Shown in pieces: positions 9,173-18,528 of a DNA stretch of 64,000 nucleotides (position 1 is the first letter of the stretch; every line of letters begins with the position of its first letter). Under the pieces are notes generated by a model. It ran no database searches, was not told the origin of the DNA, and saw only the letters and a list, made by a program, of their open reading frames with translations. The DNA lies in contig CAWHDZ010000003.1 in the NCBI GenBank assembly GCA_963828255.1, positions 128,001-192,000 of the forward strand, read 5' to 3'. The stretch is from an uncultured delta proteobacterium. GTDB lineage: Bacteria > Myxococcota > Myxococcia > Myxococcales > Anaeromyxobacteraceae. A program made the position numbers and the translations under genes.

Positions 9173-10113
9173 GGACCATGAACGCGATCCTGGTGGCCTG
9201 CGCGGTGCTTCTCCCGCCGGCACTCGCCGTGTCCGCAGAGCCGGCCGCCAAGGCAGCGACCCCGGCCGGGCAGCGCACCTTCGACACCCCGAGGGCTGCG
9301 GCCGACGCGATCATCGCCGCCGCCGCGGACTACGACGTGCCGGCGCTGAAGGCGATCCTCGGCCCATCCGGCGTGGACCTCGTCGTCACCGAGGACGCCG
9401 TCCAGGACCGGAACCAGGGAGCGGCCTTCGCCGCGCGGGCCCGGGAGAAGAGCGAGATCGTCATCGACCCGAAGAAGCCGGACCGGGCCACCCTGGTCGT
9501 CGGGAACGAGGACTGGCCGTCGCCCATTCCCATCGTCCGCAAGGACGGCCGGTGGTCCTTCGACGCCAGGGCCGGGCGGACGGAGATCCTCAACCGGCGC
9601 ATCGGCGGGAACGAGCTCGACGCCATCGGGATCTGCCGCGGCTTCGTGGACGCGCAGCGCGAGTACGCGTTCCAGAAGCGCGACGGGTCCGCCGTGAACC
9701 AGTACGCCCAGCGCATCGTCAGCACCCCCGGGAAGCAGGACGGCCTGGTGTGGCGCAACGCCGACGGGACGTGGGGAGGGCCGCTGGGCGAGGAGATCGC
9801 CGGAGTGATCGCCGAGGGGTACTCCGACCGCGCCCGGCCCTATCACGGCTATTACTTCAAGGTCCTGAAGGGGCAGGGGCCAGCCGCTCCACTCGGGCAG
9901 ATGGACTTCGTGGTGAACGGCGCGATGATCGGCGGCTTCGCGCTGGTGGCGGCGCCGGCCGACTACCGGGTGACCGGCGTGAAGACCTTCATGGTCAGCC
10001 ACGCCGGTGTGGTCTACGAGCAGGACCTCGGCCCGAAGTCCGTCGAGCGATTCCAGGCCATGGAGCGCTTCAATCCCGACAAGGCGTGGACCCCCGTGGT
10101 CGACCCGGACTGA
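9169..10113 (+). CDS. DUF2950 family protein
   Basis: ATGA overlap; DWPSPIPIV, RRIGGNELDAI, YAQRIVSTPGKQDGL, PYHGYYFKVL, TGVKTFMVSH. Confidence 0.9.
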   Translation: MRTMNAILVACAVLLPPALAVSAEPAAKAATPAGQRTFDTPRAAADAIIAAAADYDVPALKAILGPSGVDLVVTEDAVQDRNQGAAFAARAREKSEIVIDPKKPDRATLVVGNEDWPSPIPIVRKDGRWSFDARAGRTEILNRRIGGNELDAIGICRGFVDAQREYAFQKRDGSAVNQYAQRIVSTPGKQDGLVWRNADGTWGGPLGEEIAGVIAEGYSDRARPYHGYYFKVLKGQGPAAPLGQMDFVVNGAMIGGFALVAAPADYRVTGVKTFMVSHAGVVYEQDLGPKSVERFQAMERFNPDKAWTPVVDPD

Positions 10114-10117
10114 AGCC

Positions 10118-11173
10118 TCAGGCGCCCACGAAGTAGGCCAGCACCGCGATCAAGGAGTACACGACGACGAGCTGCACGCCCTTGAACCAGTTCGACTTGC
10201 CGTCCCCGATCACCACCGCCGTGACGATCACGGAGATGAAGGTGATCACGACCAGCAGGCGCGGGAAGAGCAGCAGGAGCGGCCGGGGCGCGACCGCGTA
10301 GCTGAGGAGCACGAGGAGCGGCGCCACGAAGAGCGCGATCTGGATGCAGCTCCCGACCGCGATGCTCACGGCCAGGTCCATCCGGTTCGCGCGCCCCATC
10401 GCGATGGCCGAGCCGCTCTCCGCCGCCCCTCCGACGATGGCGAGGAAGACGAGCCCGACGAAAGCCTTGGAGAGGCCCAGCGACTCCCCGGTTCCCTCGG
10501 CGGCGCCGACCAGCACCTCGCTCATCCAGGCCGCCAGGACCGACGCGGCGGCCAGGGTGCCGAGCGCACGGGTCACGCTCCAGCGCGGGCCCTCCTCGCC
10601 GTGCCCCTCGTGACCGCCCTCGGCCGCGAAGAGGTGCTTGTGGGTCTTCAGCATGAAGAGCACGTAGAGTCCGTAGGTGGCGAGGAGGATGGTGGTCACC
10701 GCCAGGTTCAGCCGCCCCTCGGCCACGGGGGCCGACCCCTCCGAGACCGCGTGCAGGGCCGAGGGCACCGCCATGCTCGTGACCGCGAGCAGCATCATCG
10801 AGACGTAGGCGCGCGTGGCCTCGGGGCGGAACGACTGGTCGCGGTGCCGGAGCCCGCCCAGGAAGAAGGCCACGCCGAGGGCGAGCAGCAGGTTCGCGAG
10901 GATCGCGCCGACCAGCGACGCGATCACCATGTCGAAGAGGCCGGCCTTCAGGGCCACCACCCCGATGATGACCTCCGGCGCGTTTCCGAAGGTGCTGTTG
11001 AGCAGGCCCCCGACGGCCTCGCCCGTGTAGGTCGCGAGTTGCTCCGTGGCCCGCACGATCCAGTTCGCGATGGGGACGATGGCGAGCGCCGCCGCGAAGA
11101 AGACCAGGGGCGGGGTCGCGCCCGTGCGGTCGAGCACGACGGCCACGGGGACGAAGATCAGGAGCCAGTTCAT
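10118..11173 (-). CDS. cax: Ca2+/H+ antiporter (CaCA family)
   Basis: GGLLNSTFGNAPE and GGAAESGSA alpha repeats, GSCIQIALFVAP; alternative GTG start at 11209. Confidence 0.9.
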   Translation of the reverse strand: MNWLLIFVPVAVVLDRTGATPPLVFFAAALAIVPIANWIVRATEQLATYTGEAVGGLLNSTFGNAPEVIIGVVALKAGLFDMVIASLVGAILANLLLALGVAFFLGGLRHRDQSFRPEATRAYVSMMLLAVTSMAVPSALHAVSEGSAPVAEGRLNLAVTTILLATYGLYVLFMLKTHKHLFAAEGGHEGHGEEGPRWSVTRALGTLAAASVLAAWMSEVLVGAAEGTGESLGLSKAFVGLVFLAIVGGAAESGSAIAMGRANRMDLAVSIAVGSCIQIALFVAPLLVLLSYAVAPRPLLLLFPRLLVVITFISVIVTAVVIGDGKSNWFKGVQLVVVYSLIAVLAYFVGA

Positions 11174-11201
11174 CGAGACCTCCGAGGAATCGGGCCGAGG
11201 G

Positions 11202-11909
11202 TCATCCACCCAGGGCGATGGTGAGTCCGACCAGGCCTGCTCCCAGGACGACCATGGCGAGGCCGAGGAGCCAGGGCCGGGCCCCGGTCCACCTGGCCAG
11301 CCAGTAACCCGCCAGGAAGAGGCTCACCACCGCCACCCCGTTCGAGATCCGGAGGGCGCGCGGCGCCTCCTCGACGAGCAGGAAGGGGATGGTGGGCGGG
11401 AAGGTGGCCAGGACCACGAGGGCGCAGCTTCCCAGCGCGCCGCGCAGATCGGTCGCCGTGATGCCCGGACGGCCAGCCGGCTCGGGGAGGGTGCGGATCC
11501 GGGAGATCATCCGGTCCACGTCGGCCTCATCGGTGACCACCGACACCGCTTCCGGCAGGGCGGCCGAGAGGATGGCCCGGGCTGCCGCGGGCTCGGCGGC
11601 GCGGATCCCCCGGAGGACGAGCGCCCTCCTCGAACGCTCGGCCATCGAGGTGAAGACGTACATCACCCCGTCCACCAGCCCCCAGGCCACGTTGCAGGCG
11701 AGCGCGGCGACGAGCATCTGCCGCACCTCCTGCTGCCCGCCCTCGGCCACGCTCATGGCGCAGGTGAAGGTGAGCACCATGATGAGGCCGAAGATGATCT
11801 CGGAGAACCGATCCACCGGGTCGAGGGGGCTCTTCTGGTACTCGACGGCGACCCGGAGCGCCTGGGTCGCGTGCCCGCCGGGCGACGACGCAGTGGAGGA
11901 GGGGCTCAT
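11202..11909 (-). CDS. VIT1/CCC1-like membrane protein
   Basis: LDPVDRFSEIIFGLIMVLTFT, CNVAWGLVDGVMY, ATFPPTIPF; about 5 TM segments. Confidence 0.7.
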   Translation of the reverse strand: MSPSSTASSPGGHATQALRVAVEYQKSPLDPVDRFSEIIFGLIMVLTFTCAMSVAEGGQQEVRQMLVAALACNVAWGLVDGVMYVFTSMAERSRRALVLRGIRAAEPAAARAILSAALPEAVSVVTDEADVDRMISRIRTLPEPAGRPGITATDLRGALGSCALVVLATFPPTIPFLLVEEAPRALRISNGVAVVSLFLAGYWLARWTGARPWLLGLAMVVLGAGLVGLTIALGG

Positions 11910-11949
11910 GGTGCGAGGAGTGTAGCCGCTGCCCGCGCGCCGTGACAGC

Positions 11950-12633
11950 ATGTCGGCCATGATTCCGAAGACGACGACCCGCCATGCCGTCCTGGCTGCC
12001 GCGATCGCCGCCGCGATCGCCGCCGCGATCGCCGCCCCCCTCGCGGGCAGGGCCGGGGAGGGTGACGCGAACGGCGCGGCGAAGGAGGCGCTGACCTGGG
12101 AGTGGGGCCCGTCGATCCTGCTCTACCTCGTCCCCGGGGAGTCGGCGTTCCTCCAGCCGACACTCACAGTCGACCGCGGGCACCTCCACCTCGAGGCCCG
12201 TTACAACTACGAGGCCAGGGACGCCGGTTCGGCCTGGGTGGGCTGGAACCTCTCCTTCGGCGAGGAGTTGACGCTTGGTCTCACCCCCATGGTGGGCGGG
12301 GTCTTCGGCTCGATGAGGGGAATCGCCCCGGGGCTCACGCTCACGCTCGAATGGGGGCCGCTCGCCCTCTGGTCCCAGAGCGAGTACGTCTTCGACCTCG
12401 GCGACTCGACGCAGAGCTTCTTCTACGCCTGGACCGAGCTCAGCGTCACCGGCCCCGACTGGCTCCGGGTGGGGGTGGTGCTGCAGCGGACCCGCGCCTT
12501 CCGGACGACGACCGAGTTCCAGGGCGGCCCGCTCGTCGGGCTGTCCCTCTGGAAGCTCTCGGCAACCGCCTACCTCTTCGCGCCCGGCCAGGACGACCAG
12601 TTCGTGGTGGTGGCGCTGGCCGGGAGCTTCTAG
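11950..12633 (+). CDS. Hypothetical exported beta-barrel-like protein
   Basis: Signal peptide; amphipathic beta pattern (HLEARYNYE); terminal Phe. Confidence 0.7.
   Translation: MSAMIPKTTTRHAVLAAAIAAAIAAAIAAPLAGRAGEGDANGAAKEALTWEWGPSILLYLVPGESAFLQPTLTVDRGHLHLEARYNYEARDAGSAWVGWNLSFGEELTLGLTPMVGGVFGSMRGIAPGLTLTLEWGPLALWSQSEYVFDLGDSTQSFFYAWTELSVTGPDWLRVGVVLQRTRAFRTTTEFQGGPLVGLSLWKLSATAYLFAPGQDDQFVVVALAGSF
11998..12033 (+). repeat. Three perfect 12-bp tandem copies of GCCGCGATCGCC
   Basis: Read directly; encodes AAIA x3 in the signal peptide. Confidence 0.9.
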
Positions 12634-12646
12634 GAGCCGCCCCCCG

Positions 12647-13270
12647 CTACTTCGTCGCCTTCTCCAGCGTGATGGCCACCGCCTCGACGTAGGTCGCGAG
12701 GAGCTTGTCGCCGACCTTGAGCTTATCGAGTTTCACCTTGGATCCGGCCTTCACCTTGTAGACGTTGCCTCCCGGACCCTCGATCGTCACCAGGCGCTTG
12801 GCGGAGTTGATCGCGGTCACGGTCACCGTGCCGCGCATCCCCTGGCCGGCCGTGCCCGCCGAGATCTGGCCCCGGTCGTCGCGGGTGGCGACCTCCACGT
12901 CCGTGGGAGGGACGAACTCCGTCCCGGCCGGCTGGAACTCCAGCGCGAGTCCCTGCTCGAAGTCGATCACGACGGTGTCGCCGACGGCGAACTTGTCGAG
13001 ATTCTTCACCGCAGGTCCGACCTTCATCGTCTCCTTCCCGCCCATGTCGTGCTGCAGGGTCACGATGCGGGTGGGGACGTCGATCGCGTGGACGGTGGCG
13101 GTGATCTTCAACGTCCGCGTGGCCACTGCCTTCCCGGGCGTGCCGCTCTGCTTCATCTCGACCGGACGCCGGGTGGAGAGGGGCGGGGCCGCGGCCGGCT
13201 CAGGCGCCTGGGCGTGGGAGGAGACGGCGATCAGGATCGATGCGAGCGGGACCACGAGCTTCGAGTTCAC
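12647..13270 (-). CDS. Exported protein with two OB-fold-like repeats
   Basis: GTGA overlap with ydiK; signal peptide; repeated ATVHAID..RIVTL..KVG..GD and VTVTAIN..RLVTI..KVGD. Confidence 0.7.
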   Translation of the reverse strand: MNSKLVVPLASILIAVSSHAQAPEPAAAPPLSTRRPVEMKQSGTPGKAVATRTLKITATVHAIDVPTRIVTLQHDMGGKETMKVGPAVKNLDKFAVGDTVVIDFEQGLALEFQPAGTEFVPPTDVEVATRDDRGQISAGTAGQGMRGTVTVTAINSAKRLVTIEGPGGNVYKVKAGSKVKLDKLKVGDKLLATYVEAVAITLEKATK

Positions 13271-14373
13271 TTGGAGTCTCCTTCGGGGATCGGGGGTGAC
13301 GGGGGAGCGTCCTCCGGAGCGCGGTCGAGGTCGCCGACCCAGGCCACGAGCAGCGTCCAGGTGACGGCCAGCAGCACCGGACCGACGAAGAGCCCGACCA
13401 CGCCGAAGGCCAGCACCCCGCCGATGACGCCGGACATGATGAGGAGCAGCGGGAGGTCGGCGCCCTTCCTGATGAGCACCGGGCGGACGAGGTTGTCGAG
13501 CGTCACGGCCAGGAGGGAGAAGATGAGCAGCACCGTTCCGCGCCAGGTCGCACCCGTCGAGTAGAGCCAGATGGTCGCCGGCGCAACCACCAGGAGCGGG
13601 CCGACCTGCGCGATGCAGAGGACGAGGACCACGGCGGTGAGCAGACCCGCGTGCGGCACCCCGGAGAGCGCGAGCCCCAGCCCGGCGAACAGGGTCTGGG
13701 CCAGGGCGGTGACCACGATCCCCAGCGCCACGGCCCGCACCGCCTTGGCAGCCAGCCGTCCCGAGCTCTCGCCCCGCTCCCCGGCCAGGCGGCGGAGGAA
13801 GCGGAGCACGCCCCGCCCCGCGGTCTCCCCGGAGGCGTAGAGGATGCCCGCCACGATCACCGTGAGCACGAGCTGGACGAGCGTGGTGCCGATTCCCCCC
13901 GCCCTGGCCGCGATCCAGGTCGCGGCCCCCTTCATGTAGGGCTGGAAACGGGCGAGGAGCGACTCGGGGCTCCCGGCCATTCCCTGCCACGCTGCAGCGA
14001 CACGCTCGCCCACCAGCGGAATGCCGCCGAGCCAGGCCGGGGGTGGGGGAAGCCCGTCGGTGGCGAGGGAGTACGCGAGCTTGCCGACCCTCTCGGAGTT
14101 GTCGGCGATGGTGGAGATGCCGAGCCAGGTCGGGACCACGAGCACGGCGAGCAGGGCGAGGACCATCACGGCCACCGCCGGCCCCCGGCGCCCCCCGAGC
14201 CTCGCCTGGACCGCGACCAGGACGGGCCAGGTGGCGACGACGATCATGGTGGCCCAGACCACGGCCGCGGCGAAGGGCAGCATCACCCAGATGCAGGCGC
14301 CGATCATTGCTGCCAGAGCCAGGACACCCAGGGTGATGCGGGGGAGGTCGTACGAAGGCGGCGAGACGTTCAC
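13267..14373 (-). CDS. ydiK: AI-2E family transporter YdiK
   Basis: WATMIVVATWP, AVRAVALGIVVTALAQ, DNLVRPVLIRKGADLPLLLI..GGVLAFG. Confidence 0.85.
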   Translation of the reverse strand: MNVSPPSYDLPRITLGVLALAAMIGACIWVMLPFAAAVVWATMIVVATWPVLVAVQARLGGRRGPAVAVMVLALLAVLVVPTWLGISTIADNSERVGKLAYSLATDGLPPPPAWLGGIPLVGERVAAAWQGMAGSPESLLARFQPYMKGAATWIAARAGGIGTTLVQLVLTVIVAGILYASGETAGRGVLRFLRRLAGERGESSGRLAAKAVRAVALGIVVTALAQTLFAGLGLALSGVPHAGLLTAVVLVLCIAQVGPLLVVAPATIWLYSTGATWRGTVLLIFSLLAVTLDNLVRPVLIRKGADLPLLLIMSGVIGGVLAFGVVGLFVGPVLLAVTWTLLVAWVGDLDRAPEDAPPSPPIPEGDSK

Positions 14374-14394
14374 GGGATGTCCTTGGAGGGTCGG

Positions 14395-16521
14395 TCAGCG
14401 CGACCTGGACCAGCCCACCCAGGCCTCGTCGTGGACGCGGACATCGGGGAAGCCGAGGTAGCGGAGGATGAAGAAGGCATCGGTGGCGGCGAGGCCGGTG
14501 TCACAGGTGGTGATGACGGTCCTGTCCGGGGTGATCCCGCGTGTCCGGAGCATCCACAGGAGCTCCCTGGGCGGCTTCAGCTTGCCATTGTCCATGATGA
14601 GCGCGCCGAGCGGTAGGCTGATCGAGCCCGGGATGGCGCCGGCCCGGGAGGCCTTCTCGTGCTTCGTCTCGCCCAGGACCCGGTGGATGGCGCGGGCGTC
14701 CACGACCACCACCTTCGGCCTGCCGAGGAGAGCGGCCAGCTCGGCCCCGCTCACCACGAAGTCCGGCCGGGCGGCCCCCCGGAAGATGCGCGGCTTCGGG
14801 GCGAGGGGAGCCGTGCCCGCATGGAAGCCTGCCGCGTGCCAGCCCTCGATGCCGCCGTCGAGGTAGGAGACGTTCGAGGCGCCGGCCCACTGCAGCACCG
14901 CGAGGAGAGCGGTCGCCGTCAGCCCGGACTGGTCGTAGACGACCACGTGATCCTCGGCGGCGATTCCGGCGCGGCCGAGGATGGCCGCCACCTTCTCGTG
15001 CTCCACCAGCGTGAAGGGCCGCTCCGCGTCGGCGCCGGTGCGCAGGCCGCTCGTCAGGGGGTCGAGCCAGACGGCCCCCTCGACGTGCCCCTTGTCGTAG
15101 GCGTCCTTGCCGCGGGCGTCCACGACCACGACCCCCTTCTTCCCCAGGTTCTCGTGCAGCCACCGGGCGTCCACCACCATCCCGGTCCGGACCTTGCTCG
15201 TGTCCACCGAGAGCGGCTGGGTCCGCTCGAGGCGCTTCGGCACCTTGCCGTCGGGGACGACCACCTTCCGGTTGGCCTGCTTCTCGAAGTCCTGGACGTC
15301 GGCGCCCGCCAGGAAGAGCGCCCGGTTCCCGTGGCAGTTGTTGCAGCTTGCCGACTGCCAGGTGCGCCGCTGGACGTTGTGCGGCGAGGCCCGCTTCCAG
15401 GTGGGGACGTTCCCGAAGCCGGTGAAGAGGTCCTTGCCGTAGAAGTCGAACATCTCGGGGTAGGCCGGGACGTGGCGGACCAGCTCGTAGCGGACCCCGG
15501 ATCCGCCTGCGTTCGTCCCCGCTGCGAGCCCGATCTTGAAGGACTCCACCTCGAGCCGGTTCTGGAAGTAGGCCGTCCCCTCGGCATCCTTGCCCACGTG
15601 GCAGCCCCAGCAGTTGACGTAGGTCTGGGAGTGGCACACCTGGCACTGCACCTTCCCCAGGTGGATGGCGTGATCCCGGACCGACCCGTACTGCAGGTCC
15701 TCGTGACAGCCGGTGCAGCGCGCGGCCTCGGCGAGCTGGTACCGGCCAGGGAGCCCCGGGGGGGCCGCCGCGTGCATCTCCCTGGCCCCGTGGCAGGAGG
15801 TGCAGTCCATCGCCCTGGCCGCGTGGACGTCCCCCAGGCCGCGCTCGCCGAAGAACTCGCTGCCCACGCGGCTCCCGTGGCAGGCGGTGCACTGCTCGAT
15901 GGGGTCCGGACGCTTCCGGAAGGTGTGCCCCTCGACGAATCCCCTCCCGGCGAACCCGGGGCGGCTCACGTGACAGCCGCCGCAACTGGTGTGGCAGGCC
16001 GAGCAGTGGTTCCGGCGCGCCTCGTCCGCGTGCCGCCACTTCCCCTGGCTCGCCCGCTTCCCGAGCACCCGGGGGAAGGTGGAGAGCGTGGCGTGCAGCG
16101 AGTCCTTTGCCGTGGCCACGATCTCGCCGTGGCAGTCGCCGCAGGCCTTCCCGGGGCTGGTCACGGAAGGGACGGGGACGAAGCCTGCGTGTGCGGCGCC
16201 CTTGTCGAGGCTGGCCGGATCGCCGCCGTGGCAGCCCTCGCAGGCCAGCGCACCGTGGGTGGTGGCCAGAAACTCCTTCGAGACCAGGACCTTCGCCTGT
16301 GGCTCCAACGGAGCCACCGAGCCGCCTCAACCGGCGCCCGACTGCAGCGCCGATTTCCTTGCGGTGGACACGGCGAGGTTCCGGGCGAGCATGGCCTCGT
16401 CCAGGTGGCAGGTGACGCATCCGGACGGCTCGGCGGCCCGCGAATCCATCGGGACGCCGGCGGCGAGCAGGCCGGAAAACGCGCTCGCCACTGCCGCGAC
16501 GGCCCTGAATCCCTGCGACAT
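14395..16521 (-). CDS. Predicted selenocysteine-containing 11-haem cytochrome c fused to tandem rhodanese domains (708 aa, U65)
   Basis: ATG at 16521 with AGGAGG; in-frame TGA at 16327-16329 (SGAG-U-GGSVAP) followed by a SECIS-like hairpin; 11 CxxCH; rhodanese motifs with CDTGLAA. Confidence 0.8.
16299..16317 (-). promoter_or_regulatory. Bacterial SECIS-like stem-loop
   Basis: GTGGCTCC-GTT-GGAGCCAC: perfect 8-bp stem; loop starts with GU, 17 nt after the UGA. Confidence 0.75.
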
Positions 16522-16666
16522 GTCCCCCTCCTGGTGATGATCCCGACGACAGGAAGACACGCTGCGTCAATCCGAGTCTTGACCCCCGACAGGCCGACCC
16601 ATGTGGGATAGGATGCGCCCCAGCATCGGAATCCACTTCCCTGGGTGCTCCTGGAACTGATCGGCA

Positions 16667-17893
16667 GTGGCGCGCGACCCCACCATCCAGAGGATGCTCC
16701 TCCGGCGGGTGGGGGTCGCCACGCTGCTGGTCTCGGCCGTCGCGGCCGCGCTGGTCGGCGCCCGCGAGGCGGGGCGCACCGAGCAGCTCGTGCTGGAGCG
16801 CGCGGTGCAGGGCGCGGCGATGATGAACCTCGCCCTGATGCCCCAGCTCGACGCGGGGCTCTCCGACGGACCCGCCGTCCAGCGCATCCTCGATCGGCTG
16901 TCCGCGTCGCGGGCCGGAGCGGCCAGCGGGCGCTTCGTCACCGTGGCCATCCGGGACCCCTCCGGACTGGAGGTGGCGCGCATCACGACGGCGGACCGGC
17001 CGGCGGGAGGGCAGGGGCTCCTCCCGGTCGAGGTCCCGCTCCACGACTCCACCGGTCGCGTGGCCGGGAAGGTGGCCGCATGGTTCGAGGTCTCGGAGGA
17101 GGCGCGCGCCGAGGCGCGGCGCCGCCTGGCGGGAGCCATCGCGCTGGCGGTGGCGATCGTCCTCGCCACCGCGGCCATCCTCCACCCCATCGTGGCCCGC
17201 CTGCTGCGCAGGCTCGAGACCCTCTCCCTGAGCCTGCTCGACGCCAACCTCGAGACCCTCGGCGTCCTGGGAAGCGCCATCGCCAAGCGCGACAGCGACA
17301 CCGACGCCCACAACTTCCGGGTCACGGCCTACGCCGCCCGCCTCGGCGAGGCGGCGGGCCTGCGCGGGGACGGCATGCGGGCGCTCCTCAAGGGCGCCTT
17401 CCTCCACGACGTGGGAAAGCTGGGCATCCGCGACGCGGTCCTGCTCAAGCCGGGGAAGCTCGACGCCGCCGAGTTCGGCGAGATGAAGCGGCACGTCGCC
17501 CACGGGCTCGACATCATCGACCGCTCGGGCTGGCTGCGCGACGCCAGGCCGGTGGTGGGGCACCACCACGAGAAGTGGGACGGATCGGGCTACGGGGGCG
17601 GCCTCGGCGGCGACGCGATCCCCCTCCCGGCCCGCGTCTTCGCGGTGGCCGACGTCTTCGACGCGCTCACCTCGCGACGCCCCTACAAGGAGCCGATGTC
17701 GGTCGAGGAGGCCATGGCCATCGTCGAGAAGGGGCGCGGCAGCCACTTCGACCCGCAGGTTCTCGACCTCTTCGCCGGGATGGCGAAGGAGCTTTATCTG
17801 AGGTTCGCCTGCGACGAGGGGGAGGCGGCGCACGCCGAGGTGAAGGCGCTCCAGGAACGGCACTTCCGCGGGGAACTGGGCGCGCTCCTCTGA
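16667..17893 (+). CDS. Membrane-anchored HD-GYP domain protein
   Basis: Two TM segments; RDSDTDAH, LHDVGK, HHEKWDGSGYGGGL, ADVFDALTSRRPYK. Confidence 0.9.
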   Translation: MARDPTIQRMLLRRVGVATLLVSAVAAALVGAREAGRTEQLVLERAVQGAAMMNLALMPQLDAGLSDGPAVQRILDRLSASRAGAASGRFVTVAIRDPSGLEVARITTADRPAGGQGLLPVEVPLHDSTGRVAGKVAAWFEVSEEARAEARRRLAGAIALAVAIVLATAAILHPIVARLLRRLETLSLSLLDANLETLGVLGSAIAKRDSDTDAHNFRVTAYAARLGEAAGLRGDGMRALLKGAFLHDVGKLGIRDAVLLKPGKLDAAEFGEMKRHVAHGLDIIDRSGWLRDARPVVGHHHEKWDGSGYGGGLGGDAIPLPARVFAVADVFDALTSRRPYKEPMSVEEAMAIVEKGRGSHFDPQVLDLFAGMAKELYLRFACDEGEAAHAEVKALQERHFRGELGALL

Positions 17894-17897
17894 CGCG

Positions 17898-18512
17898 TCA
17901 CCCTCCGATGAGCCGCGAGGCCTCGTCGATCCGGGCGGCCAGCGACTGGTAGTCGCGCACCACCGGATACTGGGGGAAGGCGTCCACGACGTTCTGGGGC
18001 GGCCGGAAGAGGATGCCGGCGTGGGCCTCCGCGAGCATGGCGGTGTCGTTGTACGAGTCCCCCGCCGCGATGACCCGGAAGTTCAGGTCCTTGAAGGCCT
18101 TCACGGCGGCCCGCTTCTGGTCGGGCAGGCGCAGGTGGTAGGCCGACACGAAGCCCGCCGCGTCGGTCTCCAGCCGGTGGCAGAAGAGCGTCGGCATGCC
18201 CAGCTGCTCCATGAGCGGCATGGCGAACTCGTAGAAGGTGTCGGAGAGGATGACGACCTGGTAGCGCCGGCGCAGGTCGTCGAGGAACTGCCGGGCTCCC
18301 GCCTCCGGGCCCATCCCGGCGATGACCTTCTGGATGTCCGGGAGCCCGAGCCGGTGCAGCCGGAGCAGCTGGAGCCGCCCGCGCATGAGCTTGTCGTAGT
18401 CGGGCTCGTCGCGGGTGGTGCGGCGCAGCTCCGCGATGCCGGTGCGGTCGGAGAACGCGATCCAGATCTCCGGGACGAGGACCCCTTCGAGGTCGAGGCA
18501 GACGATCTGCAC
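17898..18512 (-). CDS. thrH: Phosphoserine phosphatase / homoserine phosphotransferase ThrH
   Basis: CLDLEGVLVPEIW, TTRDEPDYD, ILSDTFYEF, AAGDSYNDT. Confidence 0.95.
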   Translation of the reverse strand: MQIVCLDLEGVLVPEIWIAFSDRTGIAELRRTTRDEPDYDKLMRGRLQLLRLHRLGLPDIQKVIAGMGPEAGARQFLDDLRRRYQVVILSDTFYEFAMPLMEQLGMPTLFCHRLETDAAGFVSAYHLRLPDQKRAAVKAFKDLNFRVIAAGDSYNDTAMLAEAHAGILFRPPQNVVDAFPQYPVVRDYQSLAARIDEASRLIGG

Positions 18513-18528
18513 GTGGCGATCTCCCTGG

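Noticed and set aside
14395..16317. Treating the 640-aa ORF as a complete gene starting at GTG 16317
   Set aside because: No clear RBS, no signal peptide, and the start codon lies inside the hairpin stem.
14501..17863. 1120-aa minus-strand ORF spanning the cytochrome region
   Set aside because: Off-frame shadow with no CxxCH; it does not explain the split cytochrome.
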